Counted from the stretch's first letter, positions 8,898 to 19,218 are shown. The stretch is 64,000 nt of DNA from an uncultured Verrucomicrobiae bacterium (GCA_963719495.1 CAVRCI010000008.1:96001-160000), one strand, 5' to 3'. The notes: a model not told the origin generated them from the letters alone. Numbers and translations are program-made.

Positions 8898-10584
8898 ACT
8901 TGGCGGCTGCTCGTTCGCGAGACTTGGTCAGATGTCCTGACTTTTCGAAGGCAAGCGCTTCGCCGAGCGCTTTCAGGGTGATGGGTTTGGGCAGGAAGCC
9001 GGTCATCCCAGCTTCGGCGCAGGCTTCGCGGGCGGTGGTGCTGGCGTCGGCGGTGATGGCGATGATGGGGACGGGCGGGCGTCGTTGATCCGATTCGCTC
9101 GAGCGGATGGCGCGGGTCGCGGCGAGGCCGTCGAGGTCGCGGAGACCGATGTCCATGAGAACGAAGTCCCAGACGGGGCGATCCCGCACGTTGGCGACGG
9201 CTTCGTGGCCGCTTTCCACGAACTCGACCGAATGCCCGAGCTTGCCGAGCATGGCACCGAGGAGTCGCCGATTGATGCGATTGTCCTCGGCTGCGAGGAC
9301 GCGAAGTGAGGGGGTGGGCGCCGCGGGACCGGACTTTTCGGGTTCCGGGGTGGGGGCTGATGTGGCGGGGGCGTAGAGGGTGAACGTGAAGGTGGAGCCG
9401 ACGTTTTTCTCGCTGGTGAAATGGATGGCGCCGCCCATGCGTTCGACGAGGTCGCGGCTGATGGTGAGGCCCAGGCCCGTCCCGCCCGAGCGGCGGGCGA
9501 TGCTGGAATTGGCCTGGGCGAAGGGTTCGAAGAGACGGCGCGCTTCCGCCGGGGTGACGCCTTCGCCGGTGTCGGCGACGCTGAACTCGAGGAGTTCGGG
9601 GGTCGCCCGACGGATGCCGACCTGAATGGTTCCCTTGGAGGTGAACTTCGCGGCGTTGCCGAGCAGGTTGAGCAAAATCTGTCGGAGTCGGAGAGGGTCG
9701 CAGGTGACCCATTGCGGAACGTCGTCCTCGCAGTGACCCCGAATTTCGACGCCGGTTTGGGCGCGGGTGCGCACGGTCGCGACGGCGGACGCGAGGGCCT
9801 TGCGAAGGTTGGTCGGATGGGGGTCGAGCTGGAGTCGGTTGTCGGCGAGCTTGGAGTAGTCGAGGAGCTCGTCGATGAGGTGGAGAAGCGATTGGCTGCT
9901 GGTCTCGAGGACGCCGGCGGATTCCGCGATGGGAACGCCTTCGCCGACGAGTTCGCTCACGCCGACGATGCCGTTGAGGGCGGTGCGGATTTCGTGGCCG
10001 ACGGTGGCCGTGAGGCGGCGTTGGGCCTGGGTGGCGCGTTCGGCGGCCTCGCGGGCGACGGCGAGATCGGCGATGAGGCCGGTGGTCTCGAGGGCGTTGA
10101 TCTCGGACTCGGCGACGGCGGCGAGGTCGCGGACGATGTCGAGGTCGGCGGCGGTGAATTCACGCACCTTGTAATCGAGGATGCAGAGCGATCCGAGGCA
10201 GTGGCCGGTCGGGCTGAAGAGCGGATAGCCGGCGTAGGCGCGAACGCGGGGCGTCGAGAGGACGATGCCCATGTCGGAGGTGCGTTGGTCGTCGGTGGCG
10301 TCGTTGACGACGAGGGGACGTCGGTCATGGACGACGTAGGCGCAGAAGGAGTTGGAGCGCGGGGTCTCGCAGACGTCGAGTCCGAGGTGGGATTTGAACC
10401 ACTGGCGTTCGTGGTCGACGAGGCTCACCAGGGCGGTCGGGGAGTTGGTTGCCGCCATGGCGATGCGCGTGAGGCGATCAAACCGTTCTTCCGGCGGGGT
10501 ATCCAGGATGTTGAGATCTCGTAGAATGCGAAGCCGGTCGGCTTCATCGGCGCGTGTCGGGGCCATCGGCATGGATCCAAACAA
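8881..10584 (-). CDS. GAF-containing hybrid histidine kinase / receiver
   Basis: GAF (LDTPPEERFD), H-box HEIRT, NAAKFT, DTGEG, GTGLGL, REC (EDN, LMD, KP). Confidence 0.9.
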   Translation of the reverse strand: MFGSMPMAPTRADEADRLRILRDLNILDTPPEERFDRLTRIAMAATNSPTALVSLVDHERQWFKSHLGLDVCETPRSNSFCAYVVHDRRPLVVNDATDDQRTSDMGIVLSTPRVRAYAGYPLFSPTGHCLGSLCILDYKVREFTAADLDIVRDLAAVAESEINALETTGLIADLAVAREAAERATQAQRRLTATVGHEIRTALNGIVGVSELVGEGVPIAESAGVLETSSQSLLHLIDELLDYSKLADNRLQLDPHPTNLRKALASAVATVRTRAQTGVEIRGHCEDDVPQWVTCDPLRLRQILLNLLGNAAKFTSKGTIQVGIRRATPELLEFSVADTGEGVTPAEARRLFEPFAQANSSIARRSGGTGLGLTISRDLVERMGGAIHFTSEKNVGSTFTFTLYAPATSAPTPEPEKSGPAAPTPSLRVLAAEDNRINRRLLGAMLGKLGHSVEFVESGHEAVANVRDRPVWDFVLMDIGLRDLDGLAATRAIRSSESDQRRPPVPIIAITADASTTAREACAEAGMTGFLPKPITLKALGEALAFEKSGHLTKSRERAAAKCSGGL

Positions 10585-10636
10585 TGCGTCCGCCCGAGCG
10601 CAAAGTCAAAGCTTGGATGGTCGGATCGCGACGGGA

Positions 10637-11788
10637 TCAATCGGACGCGGAGGCCTGGCTGGTCGCCAAGTCGCCACCCCGCTTCGCAGAAGGGTCTTCT
10701 CCGATGAGCTGGCCGATGGATTTGAGAAAATCCACGTGATCGCTGACGATTTTGAACGTTGCCAGGATTGGGACGGCGAGGAGGGCTCCGGGGATGCCCC
10801 ACAACCACGTCCAAAACATGATGGAGAAAAAGACGATGACGGCATTCAGCGTGAGGATGCGGCTGAGGACGAAAGGCGTGACGAAGTTTCCCTCGATGAT
10901 GTTGAGCCCGAGGTAAATGGCGGGGAGGAGGCAGGCCTGGCCCAAGGATTCGAACGTGAGCAGGCTCACGACAAAGGCCGCCACAATGCCCAGGAGCGCG
11001 CCGAGGTAGGGGATGAAATTCAGGAAGAACGCGAGGCTACCCCAGAGGATGGCGTTGGGCAGGCCGATGAAGTGGGCCGCGATGCCGACGGAGATGCCGA
11101 GCGCGAGGTTGATGAGGGTGACGGTCTGGAGGTAGGTCGAGATTCGGGACTCGATGTCGTTGGCGATCTCGACGGCCCGGCGTTTGTCTTTGAAGCGCGG
11201 GATGATGCGGACGACTTTGCGGAGAAATTGGTCGCCGGACGCGAGGAGGAAATAGAGGAGGATGAACATGACGAGCAGGTTGGCCATGAAGGCCGGAGTG
11301 CTGTGCATGAGGATGCCGCTGAGCGGACCTTCGGTGGCGATGGCGACCGAGGGAGGGCTTTCGTCAAGAGAGGCAATTTCCTTCACCTGCTCGGAGACCT
11401 TGGTGAATTGCTGAAAGGGCACCCGCAGGCTCTCGAGGCGGTATTTGATGTCGGGAATGCGCGAAGGGATGGCCTGGATCCAATCGGCGGCGGGCCGCAC
11501 GGCGAAGACCGTCGCCAGCGCGATCGCGGCGAGGAGAGAGAGCAGGATTACGCCGGAACCGACCGCGGGTGGGAGGTGGATACGGCGGTGGAGAAAGCGA
11601 ACGAGCGGCGTGAGGAGGAGGCTGAGCAACAGGGCGAGGACGACCGGGAGGATGAGCGCGCGGGCGAAGTAGAGGGTGTAGAGAACGCCGAGGATGGTGA
11701 GTGTGACGAGCGAGAGCGAGAGCGTGCGACGGGTGCGGTCCGTCGCCGAGAGGACGGGGGGAGATTCGGGGGGACGTTCGGATGGCAT
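10637..11788 (-). CDS. AI-2E family (PerM-like) transporter
   Basis: Multi-TM; LNFIPYLG, EGNFVTP, WGIPGALLAVP. Confidence 0.9.
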   Translation of the reverse strand: MPSERPPESPPVLSATDRTRRTLSLSLVTLTILGVLYTLYFARALILPVVLALLLSLLLTPLVRFLHRRIHLPPAVGSGVILLSLLAAIALATVFAVRPAADWIQAIPSRIPDIKYRLESLRVPFQQFTKVSEQVKEIASLDESPPSVAIATEGPLSGILMHSTPAFMANLLVMFILLYFLLASGDQFLRKVVRIIPRFKDKRRAVEIANDIESRISTYLQTVTLINLALGISVGIAAHFIGLPNAILWGSLAFFLNFIPYLGALLGIVAAFVVSLLTFESLGQACLLPAIYLGLNIIEGNFVTPFVLSRILTLNAVIVFFSIMFWTWLWGIPGALLAVPILATFKIVSDHVDFLKSIGQLIGEDPSAKRGGDLATSQASASD

Positions 11789-11963
11789 GATCTCTTCGGG
11801 AGGTTATCGAGCGTGGAAGAAAAATTGGTTGCTTGCGAGTGAACTGTGTTGGCGGGGAGCGTCGTGAGGGGTGGATTCCCGACGGCGTTTTGGGTGTCGG
11901 GGGGGATTTGCCCTTCGGGTTGGGGACGAGGCGCCGGGCTGGAAGCTTGTTTTGCGCGAGCGG

Positions 11964-12042
11964 CGGCTCTCTCGCTTCGCTCGATTTGCCGGGTGCCGCG
12001 GCGGGACGCCGCGGCTCGCACGCGGGGACGCGTGCGCTCCCC
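11964..12042 (-). repeat. Double-hairpin GGAG-terminal element, copy A
   Basis: CGGCTCTCTCGCTTCGCTCGATTTGCC...GGCGGGACGCC...GCACGCGGGGACGCGTGCGCTCCCC; copies at 32275, 58359, 55596 (diverged), 15431 (partial). Confidence 0.8.
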
Positions 12043-12080
12043 GCTCGCGCATCGCCGTCCGGGTGGGTAGGGTCACGCGC

Positions 12081-14252
12081 ATGACGGCTTTGCTTGCTAA
12101 GTTGAAGGAGGTTTACGGTTACGACGAGTTTCGGCCGTTGCAGGCGGAGATCATCGGGGATGCGCTCGACGGGAAGGACGTGTTTGCGCTGCTGCCGACG
12201 GGGGGCGGGAAGTCGCTTTGTTACCAGTTGCCGGCTTTGATGCGGGATGGGTTGACGTTGGTGGTGTCCCCTCTCATTGCGTTGATGAAGGATCAGGTGG
12301 ATGCGCTCAACGCGAACGGGGTGGCGGCGACGTATCTGAATTCGACCTTGGATGCGGACGAGGCGCGTCGGCGTTTGCGCGGGTTGCACAATGGGGAGTA
12401 TTCGCTGCTGTATCTCGCGCCGGAGCGGCTGCTGCTGGATGGGACTCTGGCGGACGTGAAGTCTTGGGGGCCGCGGTTGATCGCGATCGACGAGGCGCAT
12501 TGCATCAGCGAATGGGGTCACGATTTTCGGCCGGAATATCGGCGGTTGGCGGAGTTGCGGGATTCGTTTCCGGACGTGCCGGTGATGGCGCTGACGGCGA
12601 CGGCGACGGAGCGGGTGCGGGCGGACATCGTGCGGCTGCTGGGATTGCGGGATCCGGCGACTTACGTGGCGAGTTTCAATCGGCCGAACTTGCTTTACCG
12701 GGTGAATCCGAAGGCGGGGGCCTACGAGCAGGTGCGGGAGTTCGTGCTTGGGCGGGGGAAGGAGAGTGGGATCATTTACTGCGCGTCGCGGAAGGCGACG
12801 GAGTCGGTGGCGGAGAAATTGAAGCGGGATGGGGTGTCGGCGCTGCCTTACCACGCGGGGCTGGCCCCGGACGTGCGGTCGCGGAATCAGGAGCGCTTCG
12901 TGCGGGACGAGGTGAAGGTGATCTGCGCGACGATTGCCTTCGGGATGGGGATCGACAAACCGAACGTGCGGTTCGTGCTGCACTACGATCTGCCGGGGAG
13001 CATCGAGGCGTATTACCAGCAGACGGGGCGCGCGGGGCGCGATGGGCTGGCGAGCGAGTGCGTGCTGCTCTACGGGCGGGGGGACATCGTGAAACAGACG
13101 CGGTTCTTCGACGAGAAGGACCCGGAGGAGGCGCTGGTGGCGAAGCGGCAGCTGGATCAGCTGGTGGATTTTGCGGAAGGGTCGGTGTGCCGGCGGCGGG
13201 CGTTGCTGGGGTATTTCGGCGAGGATTGGACGGAGGAGAATTGCGGGGCTTGCGACAATTGCCTGTCGCCCCGGGAGCAGGTGGACGCGACGGTGGCGGC
13301 GCAGAAGTTTTTATCGACGCTGTATCGGATTCGGCAGGCGAGCGGCTGGGCTTTTGGGCTGAATCACGTGGTCGAGGTGCTGACGGGGGCGAACACGGCG
13401 GGGGTGCGCAAGCGCGGGCACGAGAAGCTGACGACTTACGGGGTGGGGAACGATCAGCCGGCGGCGTATTGGAAGGGGCTGGCGGGGGAGTTGATCCGGA
13501 TGGGGCTGGCGGCGCGGTCGGAGGAGAAGTTTGCGACGGTGGACATCACGGACGAGGGGATCGCGGCGCTGAAGGATCGGCGGGAGATCCGGGTGACGCG
13601 GCAGGCGGAGGCGGCGTCGACGGCGCGGGTGCGGCGTCAGGGGGTGGAGGAGTTTGGCTACGACGAGGGGTTGTTCGAGGACCTGCGGGGATTGCGGAAA
13701 GAACTGGCGGACGAGCGGGGCGTGGCGGCTTACATGATTTTTTCGGATCTGACGTTGCGGCATTTGGCGCGGGCTTATCCAGCGACGTCGGGGGATTTCC
13801 GCGGCGTGCCGGGGATCGGTGAGAAGAAGGGGGCGGAATTTGCGGAGGTTTTCCTGGAGCGGATCGCGGCGTTCGTGGACGAGAATGGGCGGCGGGGATT
13901 CGAGGACGAGGCTCCGAGGGCGGTGGCACCGCGGCCGCCGCGGGTGTCGATTGGGGATGCGACGATGGAGGTGGCCGGGGCGTTCGAGCGCGGGGAGACG
14001 GTCGCGGCGATCGCGGACGGTCGGGGGGTGAAGGAGGGGACGGTGGTGAAGCACCTCATCGCGGCGTGGGGCGATGGGATGAAGTTGGATTTGGAAAGTT
14101 GCGTGCCGGTGGAGTTGCGACCGGAGATCGAGCGGGCGTTCGATGGGAATTTTTCGGCGATGCTGCGGGACGTGAAGGATCGGTGCTCGGGGGAGGTGAC
14201 TTACGAGCATTTGCACGTGATGCGGGCGTTGCTGGTGCGGCGGGCGGGGTGA
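12081..14252 (+). CDS. recQ: ATP-dependent DNA helicase RecQ
   Basis: PTGGGKSLCYQ, DEAHCISEWGHDFRP, GMGIDK, Zn-binding cysteines, RQC, HRDC and C-terminal HTH; ATG at 12081. Confidence 0.96.
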   Translation: MTALLAKLKEVYGYDEFRPLQAEIIGDALDGKDVFALLPTGGGKSLCYQLPALMRDGLTLVVSPLIALMKDQVDALNANGVAATYLNSTLDADEARRRLRGLHNGEYSLLYLAPERLLLDGTLADVKSWGPRLIAIDEAHCISEWGHDFRPEYRRLAELRDSFPDVPVMALTATATERVRADIVRLLGLRDPATYVASFNRPNLLYRVNPKAGAYEQVREFVLGRGKESGIIYCASRKATESVAEKLKRDGVSALPYHAGLAPDVRSRNQERFVRDEVKVICATIAFGMGIDKPNVRFVLHYDLPGSIEAYYQQTGRAGRDGLASECVLLYGRGDIVKQTRFFDEKDPEEALVAKRQLDQLVDFAEGSVCRRRALLGYFGEDWTEENCGACDNCLSPREQVDATVAAQKFLSTLYRIRQASGWAFGLNHVVEVLTGANTAGVRKRGHEKLTTYGVGNDQPAAYWKGLAGELIRMGLAARSEEKFATVDITDEGIAALKDRREIRVTRQAEAASTARVRRQGVEEFGYDEGLFEDLRGLRKELADERGVAAYMIFSDLTLRHLARAYPATSGDFRGVPGIGEKKGAEFAEVFLERIAAFVDENGRRGFEDEAPRAVAPRPPRVSIGDATMEVAGAFERGETVAAIADGRGVKEGTVVKHLIAAWGDGMKLDLESCVPVELRPEIERAFDGNFSAMLRDVKDRCSGEVTYEHLHVMRALLVRRAG

Positions 14253-14408
14253 GGGATGCGAATGCGAACCACGGATGGGTGAGGATGAACGCGGATGGAT
14301 TCGGATTTAGCCCGGAAGAATCGCCGGGGGGATTTGTTTTCGGGCTGCCATCGGTGATCTTTCCGGGCTGGGTCGCTTCTTCAATCTGCTTCAATCTTGG
14401 TGGGACGG

Positions 14409-15296
14409 TTACGGCTCGGCCAGAAAGGGCTTCAGTTTGGCGTAGGTGGCTGGGCCGATGCCGCTGACTCGGGTGAGGTCGGATGGGGACTTGAAGGGGC
14501 GGGATTCGATGATGCGGTTGGCCATGGTCTCGCCGATGCCGGGGAGGCGCATGAGCTCGTCGCGGCTGGCGGCGTTGAGGTCGACGCGGTCGTTGGGGCC
14601 GAGGGCGGGGCCGGTTTTCGCGAGGTCGAGTTCGGCGTCCTCGGCTCGTTGGAGGCCGCGGTCGTCGGCGATGCGATCCCAGTCGGTGAGCTCCCAAGCG
14701 CCGACTCCGCGGCGGGCGGCGGTGAGCTCGATGTCGTCGAGGTGGGCTTCGTGCTCGGCGGCGGTGAGGGTGGGAGTTTGGCGGTAGACGCCGAAGGCTC
14801 GGGCGAGGCCGTTGCGGACGAGGAGGGTGGCGAGGTCGCCGCCGGTGTTGGTGGTGACGAAGGCGTAGTAGCGCTTGTATTGGGGGCTGCCGCGTCCGTC
14901 GCTCCAGCTGGTGTGGACGGTGAAGGGCTCGGCGAGGACTTTGCGGGTGAAGCGGGCTCCTTTCTCGCCGAGGTTTTTGGCGGCCTGGATGTCCTGAATG
15001 CCGAAGTAGCGGCGCTGGGCGCGGAGGCGGCGGGCGTCGGTGTCGTCCGCGATGTGCCACTCGAAGGTATCGGCTCCGTAGAGTCGGATGGTGAATTGGG
15101 TGCCGTCGGGGGCGGTGACGGGGAAGCTGTCGCCGTCGGACCAGTCGGTGACAACCAAGCGGCAGCCGGGGATGGCGACGAGGCCGGTGGTGGGGTCGGG
15201 GACGGTGGCGACGGGCGGGGTCGAGGGTGACGCTGCGGGTGAGGTTGGAGCGCAGATTGCGCTGATTACGCAGAGGGTGAGGAGGTGGCGGCGCAC
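14409..15296 (-). CDS. Exported thermonuclease (SNase)-like protein with C-terminal ComEA-type HhH
   Basis: Signal peptide; DGDSF, IRLYGADTFE, LVRNGLA; VDLNAA..LPGIG..RVSGIG. Confidence 0.8.
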   Translation of the reverse strand: MRRHLLTLCVISAICAPTSPAASPSTPPVATVPDPTTGLVAIPGCRLVVTDWSDGDSFPVTAPDGTQFTIRLYGADTFEWHIADDTDARRLRAQRRYFGIQDIQAAKNLGEKGARFTRKVLAEPFTVHTSWSDGRGSPQYKRYYAFVTTNTGGDLATLLVRNGLARAFGVYRQTPTLTAAEHEAHLDDIELTAARRGVGAWELTDWDRIADDRGLQRAEDAELDLAKTGPALGPNDRVDLNAASRDELMRLPGIGETMANRIIESRPFKSPSDLTRVSGIGPATYAKLKPFLAEP

Positions 15297-15403
15297 TTTC
15301 TTTGGACAGGATTTACGGGATTTTCAGGATTGGGGGTGTCGGTTTGAGGCTTCGCCTCTTGGTTGTTTCGGCAGCCGGAGCGAAGCGGAGACGGGCGAAG
15401 CCA

Positions 15404-15489
15404 ATTGCAAATCGCCGCTCCTTGAATTGGGTTCGGCTCTCTCGCTTCGCTCGATTTGCCTGTCGGCGGCTGGAAGCCGCCGCTCCTTG
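15404..15489 (-). repeat. Cluster of two GGAG-REP hairpins plus partial double-hairpin element
   Basis: AATCGCCGCTCCTTG, GTTCGGCTCTCTCGCTTCGCTCGATTTGCC, CGGCGGCTGGAAGCCGCCGCTCCTTG. Confidence 0.7.
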
Positions 15490-15495
15490 TTTGGT

Positions 15496-17118
15496 TCAGG
15501 CGGGGGTTAGGGTTGGCTTTTTGGGCTTCTTGGTTTTTCGGACGATGGCGGTGGCGGTGAAGGCGACTTCGAGGGCTACGAAGGAGGCGGCGTATTCGAA
15601 ACCTCCGCTGCCGAAGCCGTAGCTGTGGAGGCCGACTCCGAGGATGAAGTTCACTCCATACCAGGCCATGATGATGGTTTGGAAGGCGAGGATGCTGCCG
15701 ACGGCGAGGCCGAAGCCGGCCCAGCGGCCGGCGATGCGGCCGTGGAGGATGAAGAGGTAGGCGAGCAGCGCGACGAGGGCCCAGGTTTCCTTCGGATCCC
15801 AATCCCAGAAGCGGCCCCAGCTGTAGTTGGCCCAAACGCCGCCGAGGATGGTGCCGACGGCGAGGAGGAAGACGCCGATCTGGAGGGTGCGGTAGATGTA
15901 GTTGTAGAGGGCGGGGCTGGGTTTGGTGCCGAGGATGACCTTGCCGAGGGCGATGTGGGCGACGCCGAGGGCGAGGGCGAAGGCGGCGTAGCTGAGCGTG
16001 ATGATGAGGACGTGGGTGGCGAGCCAGAAGTTGCTCTGGAGGACGGCGGTGAGGGGGTGGATGCCGGGATCGAGGGCGAGCGGTTGGAGGTCGGCGAGGA
16101 CGAGGGAGAGGACGGCGACGGGGATGGCTCCGAGGAGGAAGTAGCGGCTCCGGTAAATGGCTTCGAAGACGAGGGCGAAGAGGACGGTGCCGAAGGCGAC
16201 CCAGATGATCGACTCGTACATGTTGGTCACCGGGGGACGGCCGGCGATGAGGATGCGGCCGACGAAGCCGGCGAGTTGGAAGGCGAAGCCGACGGCGGCG
16301 AGGCTCCAGCCGATGGCGTAGCCGGGGCGGCGGGACCAGACGGAGGTGACGGCGAGGGTGAGGCCGGCGAGGAGGTAAAGGATCCAGGCCCAGCGGAAGG
16401 GGTGGACGTTTTGGTAGGTGGTCTCGAGGGCGATCTTCCATGCAGCGGGCTGGAATTGCGGGGCCTGTTTGGCGAGTTCGAGACGGAGGGTGGTGGCCGC
16501 GGTGTCGAAAGCGGCCTGGTCGCCGGCGAGGTAGGCGGTGCGGAGGTTGGCGAAGAGGGGGTCGGTGGGGTCGAGGGTGCGCCAGGCGGTGAGGTCGCCG
16601 GCGGGGTTGGCGACGATGCGGTAGAGGCTCCCGTTGCGGAGGGCTTCGAATTCGGCGAGGCGGAGGCCGATGGTCTCCATCTTTTTGTCGATGCCGGTGA
16701 GTTTCCCGCCTTCGGTGGTGCGTTTGGCGTTCTCGGCGTCCTGGAGGAGTTGGACGAAGGCGGCGTTGCCGGCGAGTTCTTCGTAGGAGTAGAGCGTGCG
16801 GGTGTCTTCGAGGTCGGCGGCTCGCTTGACGTCGATGGAGTCGATGAGGATGAGGGGCTGGGTGTTCCAGGCGTTCGGCTGGAACCAGAGATCGGTGATG
16901 ACGTCGAGGGCGGGGCGGCGGGCGTCGTCGGTTTTAAGCGTGGCGCGACCGGAGAGGCTGAGGAGGCTCTCCTGGGCGAAGACGAGGTAGGGTTTTTTGC
17001 GGCCGCTTTCCTGGACGGGGATGGATTCGAGCTGGGTGAGGTCGAGGGCGCGGGTGGCGGGGGCGGCCGTGGTGAGGAGCGCGAGGGCGAGGGTGAGAGG
17101 TTTGATGAACGAGTTCAT
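15496..17118 (-). CDS. ccsA: Cytochrome c biogenesis protein CcsA/ResC (system II)
   Basis: WWD motif WANYSWGRFWDWDPKETW, GLHSYG, WLATHV; ATG at 17118 overlaps resB stop. Confidence 0.92.
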   Translation of the reverse strand: MNSFIKPLTLALALLTTAAPATRALDLTQLESIPVQESGRKKPYLVFAQESLLSLSGRATLKTDDARRPALDVITDLWFQPNAWNTQPLILIDSIDVKRAADLEDTRTLYSYEELAGNAAFVQLLQDAENAKRTTEGGKLTGIDKKMETIGLRLAEFEALRNGSLYRIVANPAGDLTAWRTLDPTDPLFANLRTAYLAGDQAAFDTAATTLRLELAKQAPQFQPAAWKIALETTYQNVHPFRWAWILYLLAGLTLAVTSVWSRRPGYAIGWSLAAVGFAFQLAGFVGRILIAGRPPVTNMYESIIWVAFGTVLFALVFEAIYRSRYFLLGAIPVAVLSLVLADLQPLALDPGIHPLTAVLQSNFWLATHVLIITLSYAAFALALGVAHIALGKVILGTKPSPALYNYIYRTLQIGVFLLAVGTILGGVWANYSWGRFWDWDPKETWALVALLAYLFILHGRIAGRWAGFGLAVGSILAFQTIIMAWYGVNFILGVGLHSYGFGSGGFEYAASFVALEVAFTATAIVRKTKKPKKPTLTPA

Positions 17119-18980
17119 TTGGGTTGGTTCGGCGATTGCAAATCGCCGCTCCTTGAAAGGGTTGGCTCGCTGGCGCTTTGCCTTTTTGGTTTGAGGTAGA
17201 ATTGGATGAAGATGCCGGCGCAGATGGCCAGAGAGCCGAACCATTTGAAGAGCCAGCCGGGATCGTAGAGGACCTGGAGGGTGGTTTCGCCGAGGTCCTT
17301 GGGGTTCCATTCGGCTTGGGAAAATTTGTAGTTGATGCCGGTGAGGTTGGCGAGGAAGCCGCCGGGCCAGCTGGCGGGTTGGTTCATCTGGGCGACGGCG
17401 GTCTTGGTCGCTCCGGATTCTTTTTCGGTGAATTTGACGGTGGAGATGTAATTGGCGGGGGTTTCGGTGCCTTCGTAGCGGGGGACTTCGAAGCTCTCGA
17501 GGCCGATGGTGAACGGGGCGGGGCGGAGTTCGAGGCCGTAGCCGAGGCGGACGACGGTGCGGTCGAGGGCGAGGGTGGTGAGGGCTCCGGACGCAATCCA
17601 TTTTGCCGGGCCGGTGCGGCCGTCGGGGGCCTGGAGGGCGGCGTGGAAACCGGGGATCCCCTTGACCTCCGGATCGCCGGGGACGGGATCGGTGAGGATC
17701 ACGGCGCGGGGGAGGAATTCGGTGACTTCGGCGGTCCAATCGGCCCAGTCGGGGGTGATGACGTCGCCGACTTGGGCGGTGCCGGTGCCGGTGGCGATCT
17801 CGTTGCGGACGGATTGCCAATCGACTCCGCCGTCGGGATTGGGGGCGAACTCGAGGGCGAGGCCGCCCTGGGCGGGATCGGACGGTGCGGCGTCGGACGC
17901 CGCGGCGGGGCCGGTGATGCGAACGAGGACGGCGGGATTGTTCGGCAGGGGGGACGCGGTGGTCGGGCGGCCGTTTTCGAGTTTGAAATCGGGCCAGTAG
18001 CTGTCGACGCGGACGGTGGTGGGTCCGGCTTCGATGGCGGTGCCGACGACCTCGGCGCGGCGGTAGGTCGCGGAGCCGACGGTGAGGGTCTGGCCGTCGG
18101 CGGCGAGGGTGACGGGGAGTCCGGTGGTGCCGTCGTCGGCGGTGACGACGGGAGCGTATTTGGCGAAGATCATGCGGGTCTCTTCGATGGTCTTGGGCGT
18201 GCGGTCGGGCAGGGACGGGAGGAAGGCGACGCGGGCCATGCCGAAGAAATCCTTCTCGATGCCGCCGTCGGATTGGAGGGCGAAGGGGAGATCGAGGTGC
18301 TGGCCGGCGGTGTCGCTGTGGAAGTGAAAGCTCACGCCGGGAAGGGCGGCGGGGTCGTCGGATGCGGCGAGGCGTTCCTGGTCGAGGAGGTTGGGGCTGA
18401 AGTCGTCGGCGACGAGTCGGTAGTCGGTGTCGGGGAGCGGCAGGGCGTCGGGGCGGTCCTGCGAGGGCAGGGCGGCTTCGGCGTCGAAATCGATGAGGTA
18501 GAGAGCGCCGTCGCGGGGGCTTTCGACCTGGAGGACGCTGCGGCTGGTGGTGATGCGGGAGACGGGGGCTTTCTCGGTGTGGAGGGTGACGTTGCCTTCG
18601 AAGCCGAGTTTCGTGCCGATGACGGCTCCGACGAGCAGGATGATGATGCCGTAGTGGGTGACGATGAACCCGGTGTGGCGGCGCTGCCAGGGCCAGCGGC
18701 TGATGGTGACGGCGAGGAGATTCACGCAGAGGACGCCGAGCCAGATGATGAACCACGGGGCCTTGTAGATGTAGGCGGCGGCGATTTTGGAATTGAAGGC
18801 GCTCTCGTAGAACGTGGCCACGCCGATGGCGATGGCGATGGTGGCCAGGAGGGTGAGGGCGAGCTTGAGGGATGCTAGGACGTGAATGATCTGCCAAGTG
18901 GTCGAACGCTCACGGCGGGCGGCGACGATGCGGCGGTGCGCGTCGCGGGTGAGCGGGGCTTTGGGTGCGGTGGTGGTCAT
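17115..18980 (-). CDS. resB: ResB/CcsB-like cytochrome c biogenesis protein
   Basis: LASLKLA, IYKAPWF, GFIVTHYG, large soluble domain, DPG before last TM; coupled to ccsA. Confidence 0.82.
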   Translation of the reverse strand: MTTTAPKAPLTRDAHRRIVAARRERSTTWQIIHVLASLKLALTLLATIAIAIGVATFYESAFNSKIAAAYIYKAPWFIIWLGVLCVNLLAVTISRWPWQRRHTGFIVTHYGIIILLVGAVIGTKLGFEGNVTLHTEKAPVSRITTSRSVLQVESPRDGALYLIDFDAEAALPSQDRPDALPLPDTDYRLVADDFSPNLLDQERLAASDDPAALPGVSFHFHSDTAGQHLDLPFALQSDGGIEKDFFGMARVAFLPSLPDRTPKTIEETRMIFAKYAPVVTADDGTTGLPVTLAADGQTLTVGSATYRRAEVVGTAIEAGPTTVRVDSYWPDFKLENGRPTTASPLPNNPAVLVRITGPAAASDAAPSDPAQGGLALEFAPNPDGGVDWQSVRNEIATGTGTAQVGDVITPDWADWTAEVTEFLPRAVILTDPVPGDPEVKGIPGFHAALQAPDGRTGPAKWIASGALTTLALDRTVVRLGYGLELRPAPFTIGLESFEVPRYEGTETPANYISTVKFTEKESGATKTAVAQMNQPASWPGGFLANLTGINYKFSQAEWNPKDLGETTLQVLYDPGWLFKWFGSLAICAGIFIQFYLKPKRQSASEPTLSRSGDLQSPNQPK

Positions 18981-19005
18981 TCGCGGGTGTTGCGGTGCGT
19001 TAAGG

Positions 19006-19022
19006 TATTAGCGTTGCTAATA
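19006..19022. promoter_or_regulatory. AT-rich inverted-repeat operator candidate
   Basis: TATTAGC-GTT-GCTAATA just upstream of the resB start. Confidence 0.5.
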
Positions 19023-19116
19023 TATGCAACTCCCGGGGATGGGGGGTGAGGGAGGTGGCGGGCGACGGGTTGCTTGGTTTGGACACCTTGGGGGATGATC
19101 GCCTCGGTGGAGGACT

Positions 19117-19218
19117 AGCCAGAGATGCTTCGCTTCGCTGCCAGTGACATCGGTCTGCGAGGCGCGGAATCCAGGGTGAAGGCCACGGCTCGGCGGGAGC
19201 CTCGCCCTCCGGATGCCC
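19117..19218 (-). repeat. Composite element (TGTCA-type arm plus GGAGGGCGAGGCTCC hairpin)
   Basis: Similar along its length to 49801-49892. Confidence 0.75.

Noticed and set aside
15496..18897. 1133-aa CcsBA fusion
   Set aside because: Upstream part is an off-frame shadow of resB; ccsA has its own ATG at 17118 overlapping the resB stop
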